This document shows positions 12,960 through 25,183 of a stretch of 39,575 nucleotides of DNA, in pieces; positions within the stretch are counted from its first letter, which is position 1, and each line of letters begins with the position of its first letter. The position numbers and the translations under genes were made by a program. The notes beneath the pieces were generated by a model, which worked only from the letters and a program-made list of their open reading frames with translations, was not told the DNA's origin and did no database searches. Origin of the DNA: Octopus bimaculoides (Eukaryota); assembly GCF_001194135.2 (NCBI RefSeq), contig NC_068990.1:8470847-8510421 (forward strand). Reading direction: 5' to 3'.

Positions 12960-14620
12960 GTGATTCAGTCATCAAAGGAGAAAATGATTATATTTTAAAA
13001 TACTCTTAGCACAATACGAAGACTTATATCTAATAATTCTCAGACAGAAACGATAGAATTAAGGATATTTAAAGAATTCGTAACTACAGTATGTGTTCCG
13101 TTGTATGCTTGCTAAGAATAGTGTATAATAATTAGATTATAATTAGATTAAAAATTAAATTAAGTTCAATCAAAATTATGAAAAAGGAATATGATATTTA
13201 AGGAGCAAATTTAGAGGAATAACTTTCGGCATTAGAGAATGAAGATATCGTTGATGAAGTAGTTCCACAGAGTGTAAGTGAAAATATGGTGAGAGATGAA
13301 AGAAAATATAAAGTGTATGCGATAATGTTGTAAAATGAAAATCTTCATCTAAAAGTGTTAGGTTAATTAATTAATTAAATGATTAAGGGAATATGTTAAA
13401 AATAGATATGAAGCAATAAGGTAAATTGATATCAAGAAGGGCAACATAGTGAATAATATAGGGAAAGATTTTGAGGAATATCCGAGCAGTCGAAACACGT
13501 TCAACTATGAAAATTTTTTTAAATGTTGTATATTAAAGGAAGAAACCTCAATGAAGTAGATGAAAGAAAACTATATAAATTGTTTCAAGTAGAAATTTCG
13601 ATGTTAAATTAAAATGAATAAACGGAAACAAGCTAGGAATGGTGGTGATAGAGATGTTAACGTTTATCGATGTAATATAAAGACAAATGAATTTGGAAAT
13701 GAGGAGAGACGTTTAAAATTGGGAATGATTTGTAAGGCTTCTGAATAACAATAAGTGAAGTGTTTACGTTCAAAGCATAACGAAAAAATAAGATGGTTCT
13801 GAACGAGATACATTGATGTATTATTTGCCATCTTTATAAGTGAGTTGAAGTAGTGGTAGTGGTTGCAAATTAAATTTAAATTAATACATTTACACCTAAA
13901 AACATACTAAATAAATGAAAGTTAATTTTGTACATATGCAGAAAATTACTAACCCCTTACGTAAACAAAATATCTATAATATATATGAATTTATAAATAT
14001 TCTAAACTAATATGATAATTTCATTTGAGGTGACAGTGAATATTCTCTGAAAGTATGGTCTTTACCAAATAGGATTTTCAGTTTTAAGATACTGAAATAT
14101 TTCATGGTATTTTGTTGCTTATTTAGGATTTAGTTGTAGATAAAGCGGTCCATTTGAATTAATATGTTAATTACTTCTATCTAAATTCCTAGAAGGAGCA
14201 TGAGAGAGAGGTTTCATTACATGGATCGGGATTTCCAGATGAGTGAGTATGTTTACTGAAGCAGAATATAAAAGATTTGGTAATAAAAAAAAATACGCAT
14301 TTTAAATTGTTAATCTGTGCTGTGGTTTGATAAACTATATAATTAGCTATGTAGCTAGAATGTAGAGGGGAAAATGATAAATATACAGAGTTAATAACAA
14401 GTAGTTAGGTATTTAGTAAGTTTATCTAGAAAAACATTGTAAGTATGGGGTGTGTATGATATTCGTTCTATGGGTTGTCTAGCAGAAAATTTATCATATT
14501 AGTATAAGTTGCCTTAGATATGTGTACGGTTAGTTTTCAGCGGATGTAGCAAGAGGAGGCCGATTTGATTGCTTATTAAGAAGCTAATATATAACAGAAA
14601 ATTTAAATGAGGCTTATTCT
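12960..14620 (+). mobile_element. Heavily decayed L1/Tx1-like LINE ORF2 relic
   Basis: A/G-skewed plus strand. Remnants KKGNIV..GKDFEE (about 13435), LFAIFISEL after an eroded QGD-like stretch (about 13800-13850), and CTYAEN in the YADD position (about 13930). 14200-14610 resembles an L1-type C-terminus. Boundaries approximate. Confidence 0.5.
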
Positions 14621-15216
14621 CATAGAATCGTTGTAATATACGAAAAGTTTTCATTATTGTGATATATAACTTACTTGGGCGACAGTTATGTCGGTAATCG
14701 ATTTTGCAAAATTACACATATTAGTTAGTAGACGATACGTAATGATAGTTAATATCAGGATTAAATTTTTGGACATTCTTCATTTTGGACAGATAGAAAC
14801 CAATCAATTACCACACAAGAATTCTATAATGTCAAGGGTGCTATTCCTTAATGTTAGATATAATTTTGCTTTTAATTGTGTAATAATTACTCTTTGGATT
14901 GATTAATCAGGGAGATGGAAGCTCAAATTTATTGCTTATTCTTTTTAATCAAAATGAATTTATTCAGGCTTGCAAAGTGCAGCCTTTGCGTCAGTGCGTC
15001 AGTTTACAGAGTAAAAACAATATATTTCTCAAAGTTGATAATCTCATTAAGGGCGTTCCAATTTACTTGTACGCATAAGCGCAGGAAACAGCGACAAAAC
15101 TGCGAAATGTGGCAGAGTTTAATTTTCTAAAGGGAAAAAAATCTTCTTTCAAACGTATACAAGTACTTTATTATCATTGTGGTCTTTTTAGCTTTATGAA
15201 TTAGCATTTTTCAATC

Positions 15217-15249
<33 letters not shown>

Positions 15250-16484
15250 TGTATGTATGTATGTATGTATATATGTATGTATGCATATATGTATGTATCT
15301 TGTATGTGAGTTTGTCTGTGTATATGACCAAGAGACAAAGAGAGTGTTTCTGTGCGCGTTTCTGTTTGTGAGTGTGTATGTTTGCTAANNNNNNNNNNNN
15401 NNNNNNNNNNNNNNNNNNNNNNNNNNNNNNNNNNNNNNNNNNNNNNNNNNNNNNNNNNNNNNNNNNNNNNNNNNNNNNNNNNNNNNNNNNNNNNNNNNNN
15501 NNNNNNNNNNNNNNNNNNNNNNNNNNNNNNNNNNNNNNNNNNNNNNNNNNNNNNNNNNNNNNNNNNNNNNNNNNNNNNNNNNNNNNNNNNNNNNNNNNNN
15601 NNNNNNNNNNNNNNNNNNNNNNNNNNNNNNNNNNNNNNNNNNNNNNNNNNNNNNNNNNNNNNNNNNNNNNNNNNNNNNNNNNNNNNNNNNNNNNNNNNNN
15701 NNNNNNNNNNNNNNNNNNNNNNNNNNNNNNNNNNNNNNNNNNNNNNNNNNNNNNNNNNNNNNNNNNNNNNNNNNNNNNNNNNNNNNNNNNNNNNNNNNNN
15801 NNNNNNNNNNNNNNNNNNNNNNNNNNNNNNNNNNNNNNNNNNNNNNNNNNNNNNNNNNNNNNNNNNNNNNNNNNNNNNNNNNNNNNNNNNNNNNNNNNNN
15901 NNNNNNNNNNNNNNNNNNNNNNNNNNNNNNNNNNNNNNNNNNNNNNNNNNNNNNNNNNNNNNNNNNNNNNNNNNNNNNNNNNNNNNNNNNNNNNNNNNNN
16001 NNNNNNNNNNNNNNNNNNNNNNATATATATATATATATATATATATAAACAAATAATTTGTATACAATTCTAGAAGCGATTCAATTCCTCAATGCTTTTT
16101 AAATGGCACCTTTTAGAAAATACGGAGGCATTGAATGAATTGAAAATTATGTGCGCATGTGTATGTATGAATAGACGCGTGTCTGTGAGTGTGTGTGTAT
16201 CTATATATCTATAAACATCTTTGTACGTGTGCATATATGCTTATTAAGCATTTCAATTCAGAAACAAGCGATTTACATACAATGTAAAAAAATGTATAAA
16301 ATTATGAAATGTAAAGAAAACTAGAGAAAATAAGCAATAATAGAACAGATTCTAATTATTTATTGTCGAGGTGAACATATTCTGTTACTACTTAGAAATT
16401 CACAACTATCGCTGTCTATTGAACAGTGATATCCGCAAATCCTCAGTAGTAACAAAAAGTAAAAGTATAGGAATATATCTATAT

Positions 16485-16535
<51 letters not shown>

Positions 16536-17324
16536 NNNNNNNNNNNNNNNNNNNNNNNNNNNNNNNNNNNNNNNNNNNNNNNNNNNNNNNNNNNNNNNNN
16601 NNNNNNNNNNNNNNNNNNNNNNNNNNNNNNNNNNNNNNNNNNNNNNNNNNNNNNNNNNNNNNNNNNNNNNNNNNNNNNNNNNNNNNNNNNNNNNNNNNNN
16701 NNNNNNNNNNNNNNNNNNNNNNNNNNNNNNNNNNNNNNNNNNNNNNNNNNNNNNNNNNNNNNNNNNNNNNNNNNNNNNNNNNNNNNNNNNNNNNNNNNNN
16801 NNNNNNNNNNNNNNNNNNNNNNNNNNNNNNNNNNNNNNNNNNNNNNNNNNNNNNNNNNNNNNNNNNNNNNNNNNNNNNNNNNNNNNNNNNNNNNNNNNNN
16901 NNNNNNNNNNNNNNNNNNNNNNNNNNNNNNNNNNNNNNNNNNNNNNNNNNNNNNNNNNNNNNNNNNNNNNNNNNNNNNNNNNNNNNNNNNNNNNNNNNNN
17001 NNNNNNNNNNNNNNNNNNNNNNNNNNNNNNNNNNNNNNNNNNNNNNNNNNNNNNNNNNNNNNNNNNNNNNNNNNNNNNNNNNNNNNNNNNNNNNNNNNNN
17101 NNNNNNNNNNNNNNNNNNNNNNNNNNNNNNNNNNNNNNNNNNNNNNNNNNNNNNNNNNNNNNNNNNNNNNNNNNNNNNNNNNNNNNNNNNNNNNNNNNNN
17201 NNNNNNNNNNNNNNNNNNNNNNNNNNNNNNNNNNNNNNNNNNNNNNNNNNNNNNNNNNNNNNNNNNNNNNNNNNNNNNNNNNNNNNNNNNNNNNNNNNNN
17301 NNNNNNNNNNNNNNNNNNNNNNNN

Positions 17325-17386
<62 letters not shown>

Positions 17387-17405
17387 GTTGTTGTTATTAT
17401 TATTG
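17325..17405 (-). repeat. (TAA)n tract at the 3' end of the R4/Dong-like element
   Basis: TTA array with late TTG variants next to the element 3' UTR. Confidence 0.95.
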
Positions 17406-18950
17406 TTGCCTTTGTACAGATTCCAACGCTGGAGATGTACTGTAGTGTCAGCTGTCCACTATCAGTGAACTAAGGTAACACCACTTATTTTTCGAGCACC
17501 TTCCGGAGTATTCGAACGCATACCTTGTTGTCACCTGGACATGCTATATTTATGATCCAGCATAGTTTGATTTCTTTCTCAATTAAGACTGTTTCCTATT
17601 CTCTATCTCATGTTCGCACTGAATCATAAAATTTCATAGGATCTTTGCATTTCTATTTTCAACAATGCCTTCAGGTTTGTAGACGTACGAATTCTTTTCA
17701 CTGTGAAGTCCTTACTTGTTGCAAAGTGTTCAATGGACAAGCCTTGGTATATTATCGTGGCGTCTCTTATATTCCTTCTGGGCCAATGGCATACATTGGC
17801 TGATAACATGCCATACGGTTTCACAATTTTGTTCACAGATTCTGCACGTATCACTTTCTGCTGTGTTGTCTATTCTGTATTTTATGTAGTTTGTTCTTAG
17901 CGCTTGCTCTTGGGCAGCACAGATTAGAGCTTCCGTTTCCGGTTTCAAATCACTTTTAGTCAACCACAGCCACCTTTTTTCTGTCTGTCTTATCTTCGAC
18001 ATCCCTATGAAATTGTCCATGCATTCTTTTCTTTACCCAACTATTTTCATTTTCATTAGTTTTCAGTTTCTTGTATATTGCTTTATCTTTGCAATCCTTC
18101 ATCCTACACAGGCCTGACCTTATTACTTCTAATAATAGCGGTTCTGTGGCATTTTTACATACCATGCTATGTTGTTTTCTTCTGCTCTAATGCTGTGCTC
18201 GCATCCAATAAGCTCTCTTCACCCTCTTTTTCTTGGTACATACAGCCTGTCTGTGTCACTTTTTGGGTGGAGTGACCCATATCTAGTAACCAACTTCCTT
18301 GTCTTTCTGTCTAAGCTGTTTAGTTCGTCTACTGTCCATGCAATTACCCCTGCTCCATATCTAAGGAGTGAAATCGCCCAGGTGTTGATAGTTTCGATCT
18401 TATTCCGTCCGTTTAATTTCGACTTAAGTTTCAGTCTCAGTCTGCGCAAGTACTTCACCTTAAATTTTTCTGTCATTTCTTTCTCCATCAATTTCTCCAT
18501 TTCCAAAATCACCAAGTGCTTATAGACGGTCTCTTATATCTGCTTCATAACGGTATCGTTAGCCCGTCCATACATTTGATATTGCTTCTCTTCAAGACTA
18601 AAACCACACACACCACACTTTCTCAGTCCGAACTCCATTCTGATATAAGCACTGGAGCTATACACCGTATCAACGAGGGAACTGACTTGGGCTTCATCTT
18701 TAACATAAAGTTTGAGGTCATCCATGAATAGCAAGTGGTTGACTTTTTGTTGGCGTCTTTCGAATACATACTCAGCTTTTACTTTCCTCAGAATCAGTGT
18801 TAGTGGTATCAAGCACAGTACAAGGATGTCCCTTCTAATTTCTACTGTCCCTAAACTTCTTCCGTATGCTGTCAGGTCCGTCCTCCAATTCGCCATACTT
18901 TTTCCAAGCAATCGCTCAGCATTCGATGCAATACCAAATAGCTTTATATA
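17406..18950 (-). mobile_element. R4/Dong-like RLE non-LTR retrotransposon, 5'-truncated and internally deleted
   Basis: NHLLFMDDLKLY (FMDD at 18717-18728); LNGRNKIETINTWA..RYGAG..LDRKTRK..LHPKSDTDRLYVPRK; MHGQF; LKPETEALICAAQEQALRTN; CCHC motif CRICEQNCETVWHVISQC; KRRHD; IACPGD; RILRKVLEK* (stop 17485-17487). Confidence 0.92.
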
Positions 18951-19610
18951 TCTCTCTCTCTTCCTCCCTGTCTCTCGTTGCTCACCTATATTCAACTTCC
19001 TCCCCTTTGTTTCTCTCTTTACCCCTCTTTCTCCTTACCTCTCGCTAGTCACATGTGACCGGCTACTGCTTTCTTTCTTCTCTTGGCCACTGCCAAGCTT
19101 GAACGAACTTTCTTCTTCTTTCTTCCTTTCAGTTCGTCACATCACAGCGTTCAGTATACATATTTTTTTTTACGTCTGGCCTTACAGCCCTTCTTATTTA
19201 TTTTCACTGTTTCATTTTCCTGTCGTGTTTTCTCTTCGTCACTATATTCCCCTGCATTACAAATTTCATTTGGTTTGTTTCCGCGGGAAGCACCATTCTA
19301 CCAATGCGTCCTGCTCTAACTCTTCGAAACGCTTAGTTTAGTATGGTGGCAGCTGATGAAGGAAATGTTCTCTATGTGGCTTGTGTGTCTCTGCGCTTTG
19401 CTTATGTTCTGTTTTTCATTTTGTCCACGTTCTTGCGACGTCCTGTACCCAGATATGGATCTATATATATATATGTAGATGTAGGTATGTACACACATGT
19501 ACGTATATATGTATGCATATACTCACATATTATTTGTATTATTATATGATTGAACGCACTCGTCCTTTTTGCAAGTAAGATTTAACTTTATATATATATA
19601 TATATATATA

Positions 19611-19768
19611 CATGACGGGCTTCTTTCAGTTTCCCTCTATCAAATCCACTTACAAGGCTTTGGTCTGCCCGAGGCTATAGTAGAAGACACTCGCCCAAGT
19701 TGCCACGTGGTGGGACTGAACTCGGAACCATGTGGTTGGTAAGCAAGCTACTTATCATACAGCCACTC
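19611..19768 (-). mobile_element. tRNA-derived SINE family B, 5' half ending in (TA)n
   Basis: Reverse complement aligns with 21232-21390; B-box GAGTTCAGTCCC. Confidence 0.88.
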
Positions 19769-19813
19769 AGACACAGACACAACCACACACACACACACAT
19801 TCATATATATGTA

Positions 19814-19852
<39 letters not shown>

Positions 19853-20485
19853 ATTTAAATATATGTGTATACATTTGCGCGTGCGTGTGTGTGTATTTAT
19901 GAATAAAAACTTAGCATTCATGGTTAGGTAATGATTTTTATTCGCTTCAATATAAACTTTTGTCTATTATGAGGAAAGTATTCTTTTTTATTTTTTCGTA
20001 AATCCAGAAATTTTATTCTCAATGAATTTCCATTTACACTTTCTATCAATGCCAAGACTTTGTGCTGATGATTATAAGCTTGCAAAACAATTTCCATCAG
20101 CAGTAATTACAAATAGTAATACGGAAGGATTATATATTTTCCGAATGTGTGTAAAAATATAAACACTCAAGTAACTTATTTACTAATAATCCGGCATTAA
20201 ATAATCTGCATTATAATTCAACTAGAAGACTTACAAGGCCAGGAAAGAAAAATGTTCAAAATTCTCGCTACTATTAAATCTAATTGTTTATTTGGGGAGG
20301 AATATTCTTTAAATTTATTAACATAATTGTAACTTCCTTTATCGTTCCTGTATACAATATCATTAGCAATTATTTAACAGTTATGAAAAAATGACGTCAG
20401 TAACCAGAATATGAATCATTAAGCTAGAATTATGCTCATTATGAGAAATCTGTAGTTTTGATAGTTATTTGTGTATGTACACAAA

Positions 20486-20721
20486 ACACACACACACACA
20501 CATACACACACACCACGCACACACACGCATGCATGCACACATATAAACAGACACAAACGCACACACATTGTATGTAGGAAGCGAGAGAAAGAGGGACAGA
20601 GAGAGAGAGAACGAGAGAGAGAGAGAGAGAGAGAAAGAAAGAGAGAGAGAGAACGAGAGAGAGAGAGAGAGAGAGAACGAGAGAGAGAGAGAGAACGAGA
20701 GAGAGAGAGAGAGAGAGAAAT

Positions 20722-20784
<63 letters not shown>

Positions 20785-20791
20785 GAGAGAG
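20486..20791. repeat. Degenerate (CA)n followed by long (GA)n with GAAC interruptions
   Basis: Direct reading; source of the SL/RE ORFs. Confidence 0.95.
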
Positions 20792-21224
20792 TTGTCCACC
20801 TTGCCAACTGTGAGCTTACAGGTTTTCTTAGAATTTAATCAGATAGTGTATAGAATGTTTTAAGAGTTTAGTTCTTAGTGTTGAAAATCTTATTCGTAAT
20901 GGAGCATTCACAACAAACACAGAAACTGTGTTCGAAATTAAGGGTGTATATCACTATGTGTCTGTCAGGTCGAGTACACATATTACAAGATGTTCTGCTA
21001 TAGCCCTAGGGAGAACATTCAACCTATTCTTTTATTAAGATCATTTCGAATATTTATGCAAATTTTAGTAAAGCTTCTTCGAAAAATTGCAGATTTATGT
21101 CAGAACAATCATTGAGACTTAAAAATATAGAGGCCAAGAAGCTTTGTCCGGACACTGTGGCAACGATTAGTTATGTTTTTTATATTAATGATCTAGAAAC
21201 ATTTATGCATTTAAATAATTAATA

Positions 21225-21592
21225 GGCGCAGGTGTGGCTGCGTGGTAAGAAGACTACTTTCTAACCACATGGCTCCGGGTTCAGTCCCACTGCGTGACAT
21301 CTTGCAGAAGTGCTTTCTACTATAGCCTCAGGCCGACCAAAGTCTTGTGAGTGTATTAAGTAGACAGAAACTGAGAAAACCTCGTCGTGTATATACATAT
21401 ATGGGAACCGGTGCTGGTGTGTTTATGTCCTCGTAACTCAGCGATTCGGCAAAAGAGAGTGATAGTATAAGTACCAGGTTTTAAAAAATTGGTACTGGTT
21501 TCGATTCATTAGACTTTTAAAAAATCCTCAAGCAAGTGCCCCAGCATGGCCACAGTCTAATAACTGAAGCAACTAAAAGCCAAAAAAAAAAA
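21225..21592 (+). mobile_element. tRNA-derived SINE family B, near full length
   Basis: A-box-like TGGCTGCGTGGT at 21235-21246, B-box GGGTTCAGTCCC at 21277-21288, body with short internal TA stretch, end CCAGCATGGCCACAGTC..ACTGAAGCAA and an A-rich tail. Confidence 0.88.
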
Positions 21593-24500
21593 TTCTAAAT
21601 ATATGTAAAAAAATAATCCTTTTTGTAATACGAAAAAAAAATTAGCAAGATAAATTTCACACACTGTCTTAGAATATGACCAGTTTCACTTTTATGTTAT
21701 TGTAGTTTTTCTTTACGTAAATTAGGAAAATTTTGAGCCCCGTCTTAACGAACATTGTACCTAAAAAAACAAACTTAGAAATTCAAAATGTTAACAGTAA
21801 TCTGTTGAAAAGACTAAATTCAATAATGACATAATTTCTATCCGTACAGTCAAGAAACAACTTTAGTAACGGACATTTCATGAAAGAATTATGTTTCGCA
21901 GTTATTTTCAGTCAGAAGAATAAGTGCAATTTTATTCCTCTGAAACGTATTTACGTCTGAAATTATTGCATGGTAACAGAGGCAATAGCTATCAATTTAA
22001 CAATGTCGTAACAGTGTCAATTACACGCAGTTAAAACAAATCGCACTGATGCAGGAGAAATGTAGATTACTGCGCAAGTGCCTTGCGGTATGGAGTAGCA
22101 TTCTGTGCTCAGATCCCGTCAGAATCAGCTTTAACTTTCAGAAATCTAATCTTATAAGCTTATATTAAAAATCTATTGATATGTACACGGCATCAACTTT
22201 AAAAATAGACTAAGGATAAAACTTCTATTGTCATTAAAAAGGATGACTGGTATAAACAATTGCGGTCTTATTTAGAACGCAAATAGCCTCACCAAAATAT
22301 GACACAGCACATTGTCCAACACTCTATACCATTTATGACATATTCTTCTACCTGTATGTCTTGTAATTTGAAAATTAATATTAAGTAACTGGGATTAAGT
22401 CGTCGTATGTTTATGAATTATCGCAAATATTTTAGACATTACGAACGACGTACCCGTACAAGAGATGTTTAGCAGTTAATGCGGATTAACATTATTCCCT
22501 TGCAGAGATTATAAAGATAATACGTCAACGCAGTAAACAATTTTCCATTGTAATGCCAGTTATCAGTAACAAATTCAATGCGGTTGAGAGCAATAATTAT
22601 AGTATAAGCCCAAATAAAAACAGTTATTTATCAAGCAAAACGCGGGCTTTGTTATAAAATATAATTTTCTTTCGTGTCGTGCACTGCAACAGGAGAACGT
22701 TCCCCTCTTACACATTATTATTTGTTTCTCGTTTGATTAGCACGATCAATACTTGTTTCAATAACAGCTTAATGTTAACTGTTAACATATTAGTATCTGT
22801 GTGCAACTGTAAGATGTAATAGTTGTTTGTTATTTGATGTTTCCTGTTAGTTAATGTATTTGTTGAAGCTGAAACAATTGATCAGACTGTTATTTCACTG
22901 TTGAGTGTACTACACATTCGAATGTATAGTATACTTTCCTACATCCATACCATTGTCACTTCATAAAGTCAATCACCATTACTGCTATTGTCATAAATAT
23001 TCATATAGCCTATTGATTATTTAACCAATCAGCATTCGTGTATAGTTGAGCTAATGGTGCAAGAACTGACTCTTGTGAAGTCTTTGATTAGGAACATATT
23101 GGATTTTAAATCTCTTTCAACAAACAAAATCTGGTTTCATAAATTGACTGAACATCAGAGACACAGATTAACACAGTGTAAAACCTACATATTTGGGAGC
23201 AAACATTATTGTGATGCGAAGATGTTTGCTGTTTGCTACGCAATTAAATGTTATCGGTATCGATGCCATGCAAAAGCTCTTCAACAAATTTCTTTTGGAT
23301 TAACCCAGAAAACATACCACGCCCACTTAAAAACTTTGTGTGAAGTGGTTGTACTCACCTGTTGTGTGTATTAGTTTCTAGAAATAAACTTATGAGAACT
23401 TTGAAAACAGCTGAATTTCCCCGAGTTATATAACCATAGAAAATTTTTTGATTCTAATCAAATCTGACCCCCTTTGAAACAGCATGTTCTTTCCACGAAC
23501 CCATATATATCACTAATAATGAGGTACCCAACTGAATTTCTAGTTATACATGAGTAATTTGGTTATTACTTAAGTCAGCTGTCTCCAAGACAAACTGAAA
23601 TCAGATATTCTACAATACCGGTGCCTACAAAAGATGAGGTATAAGTCAGTAGTTTAGGTGTACGCTGGATAGATTTGTATTCCATAGCAAATTTTAAAAC
23701 ATTTTCTGTTTGGTATGTTTTGTAAACGTGGGAGAATGTGTTGTACCCCACTAGTGTAGTTGTCGTACGTCCTATAATGCATATGTATGTATATATGCAC
23801 ATGTATGCGTGTGTGCAGATATGAAGATATATATTGTGTATCTGTATGTGCGTGTAAATATCTTTATATATTTGTTTGTTTGTATGTGTGTCAGTGTCTA
23901 AAGAAACACACACACCCACCCACCCACACACGCACACAAGCACACTCCCACACATACATATTCAAACTAATATGTAATTATGGTAAATTTGTATCTGTCT
24001 TTTCCTATCAATACTCAAACATATGTATCTATTTATGTGTGCCTATATATGTTTGTGCATGCATGTATGAATGTCTGAGTGTATACATACGTCTAATTAC
24101 ACATAAATATTTATATTTTTATTTACTTTATATCAGTATTTATAATTATTCAGAAAGAATCTCTAATATTATCAACATCATCCCTATTATTTATTCGGTT
24201 TTACAATAAATACAATTCATATTTTAAGCTTCACTTACATTGTTTTGCTTTTCTCTTTATGTTTCATTTAGAATTATCTTCATATATAGATCTGTTTTTG
24301 TGCCGCCTGCTATTTGCATACATAAATTCCGAAGTGTCATACAATTTCCATTCAGTATATATCAGCAGCGATATTTAAGCGTATCATATAATAGGTGTGT
24401 ATGTTATATTTGTATAGAATATATTGAAACTATTCACGTTGTTTCCATCTCTTGGATATATTCTCAAAATAACTCATACCTCATTTAGCAACTTTACTCT

Positions 24501-25067
24501 ATAATTTGTTTGTAAACGCGTTCTACTCTTGCTTATACACATGTATATAGCTGTATGTAATCAGGCTGATATATTTAAATAAGCCAACTTCATTATATGT
24601 TTGTTTGCATGTGTGCATGTGCGCATGTGTGTGCGAGTTGATATATAGTAATCTTTTTATTGCTATTTATATCACCATTCATTCACTTACAAAACTAAAC
24701 GTCGCCCCTCATTCACTTTCAGTAACCCCAGCCCCAGTTTAAACAAACAAAAATAAAAAAAAATAACTTGGTCTTTGTAACAGAAAAAATAATTGTCTAA
24801 TGCTGGACGTACTTTGCAAATTTAAAATATTCTGAAAAAATATAACAGTAAAATGTGTTGAGAGTTGTGGCACAACTAGAGCTCTGACAAACACTAGTTC
24901 CAATTAGTGAAGTGAATTCACCTAAGGGAATATTTTGTTATAGCAAGCAATGAAAGAAAGCTTATAGAATCAACATATAAATAACGTCGCCAATTTCCAT
25001 TTCAACTTGTCTGTACGTACGGAGGTAACGGAAGCTATATTTTGTACTCAATTTTACATGCGTCTTC

Positions 25068-25183
25068 CACCGTGGTCGACTTTGCCTTTCAACCTTTCGG
25101 GGTCGATAAATTAAGTACCAGTTGGGATCTAATCGACTGGCCCATCCTCCAAAATTTCGGGTCTTGTGTCTAGAATAGAAAAG
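25068..25183 (+). mobile_element. SINE family A, 5'-truncated, with 18-bp target-site duplication
   Basis: Aligns to the 3' half of 34384-34591; AATTTTACATGCGTCTTC occurs at 25050-25067 and 25184-25201. Confidence 0.9.

Noticed and set aside
14193-14242. 50-nt plus-strand micro-exon (TTCCTAG| ... GA|GTGAGT)
   Set aside because: Lies inside the decayed L1-like relic and is frame-shifting, so chance sites are more likely.
20419-20863. SL/RE-repeat ORFs, and poly-L/F/R ORFs at 7457-7660 and 29289-29603
   Set aside because: Translations of (GA)n, (TTG)n and (CTT)n microsatellites.
22100-22142. Possible SINE family A remnant (CTCAGATCCCGTCAGAATCAGCTTTAACTTTCA), and a family B-like trace near 20985-21010
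   Set aside because: Too short and diverged to support.
23020-23374. CCAAT box (AACCAATCAG) upstream of the 106-aa ORF at 23054
   Set aside because: Single short motif; the peptide has no recognisable features.
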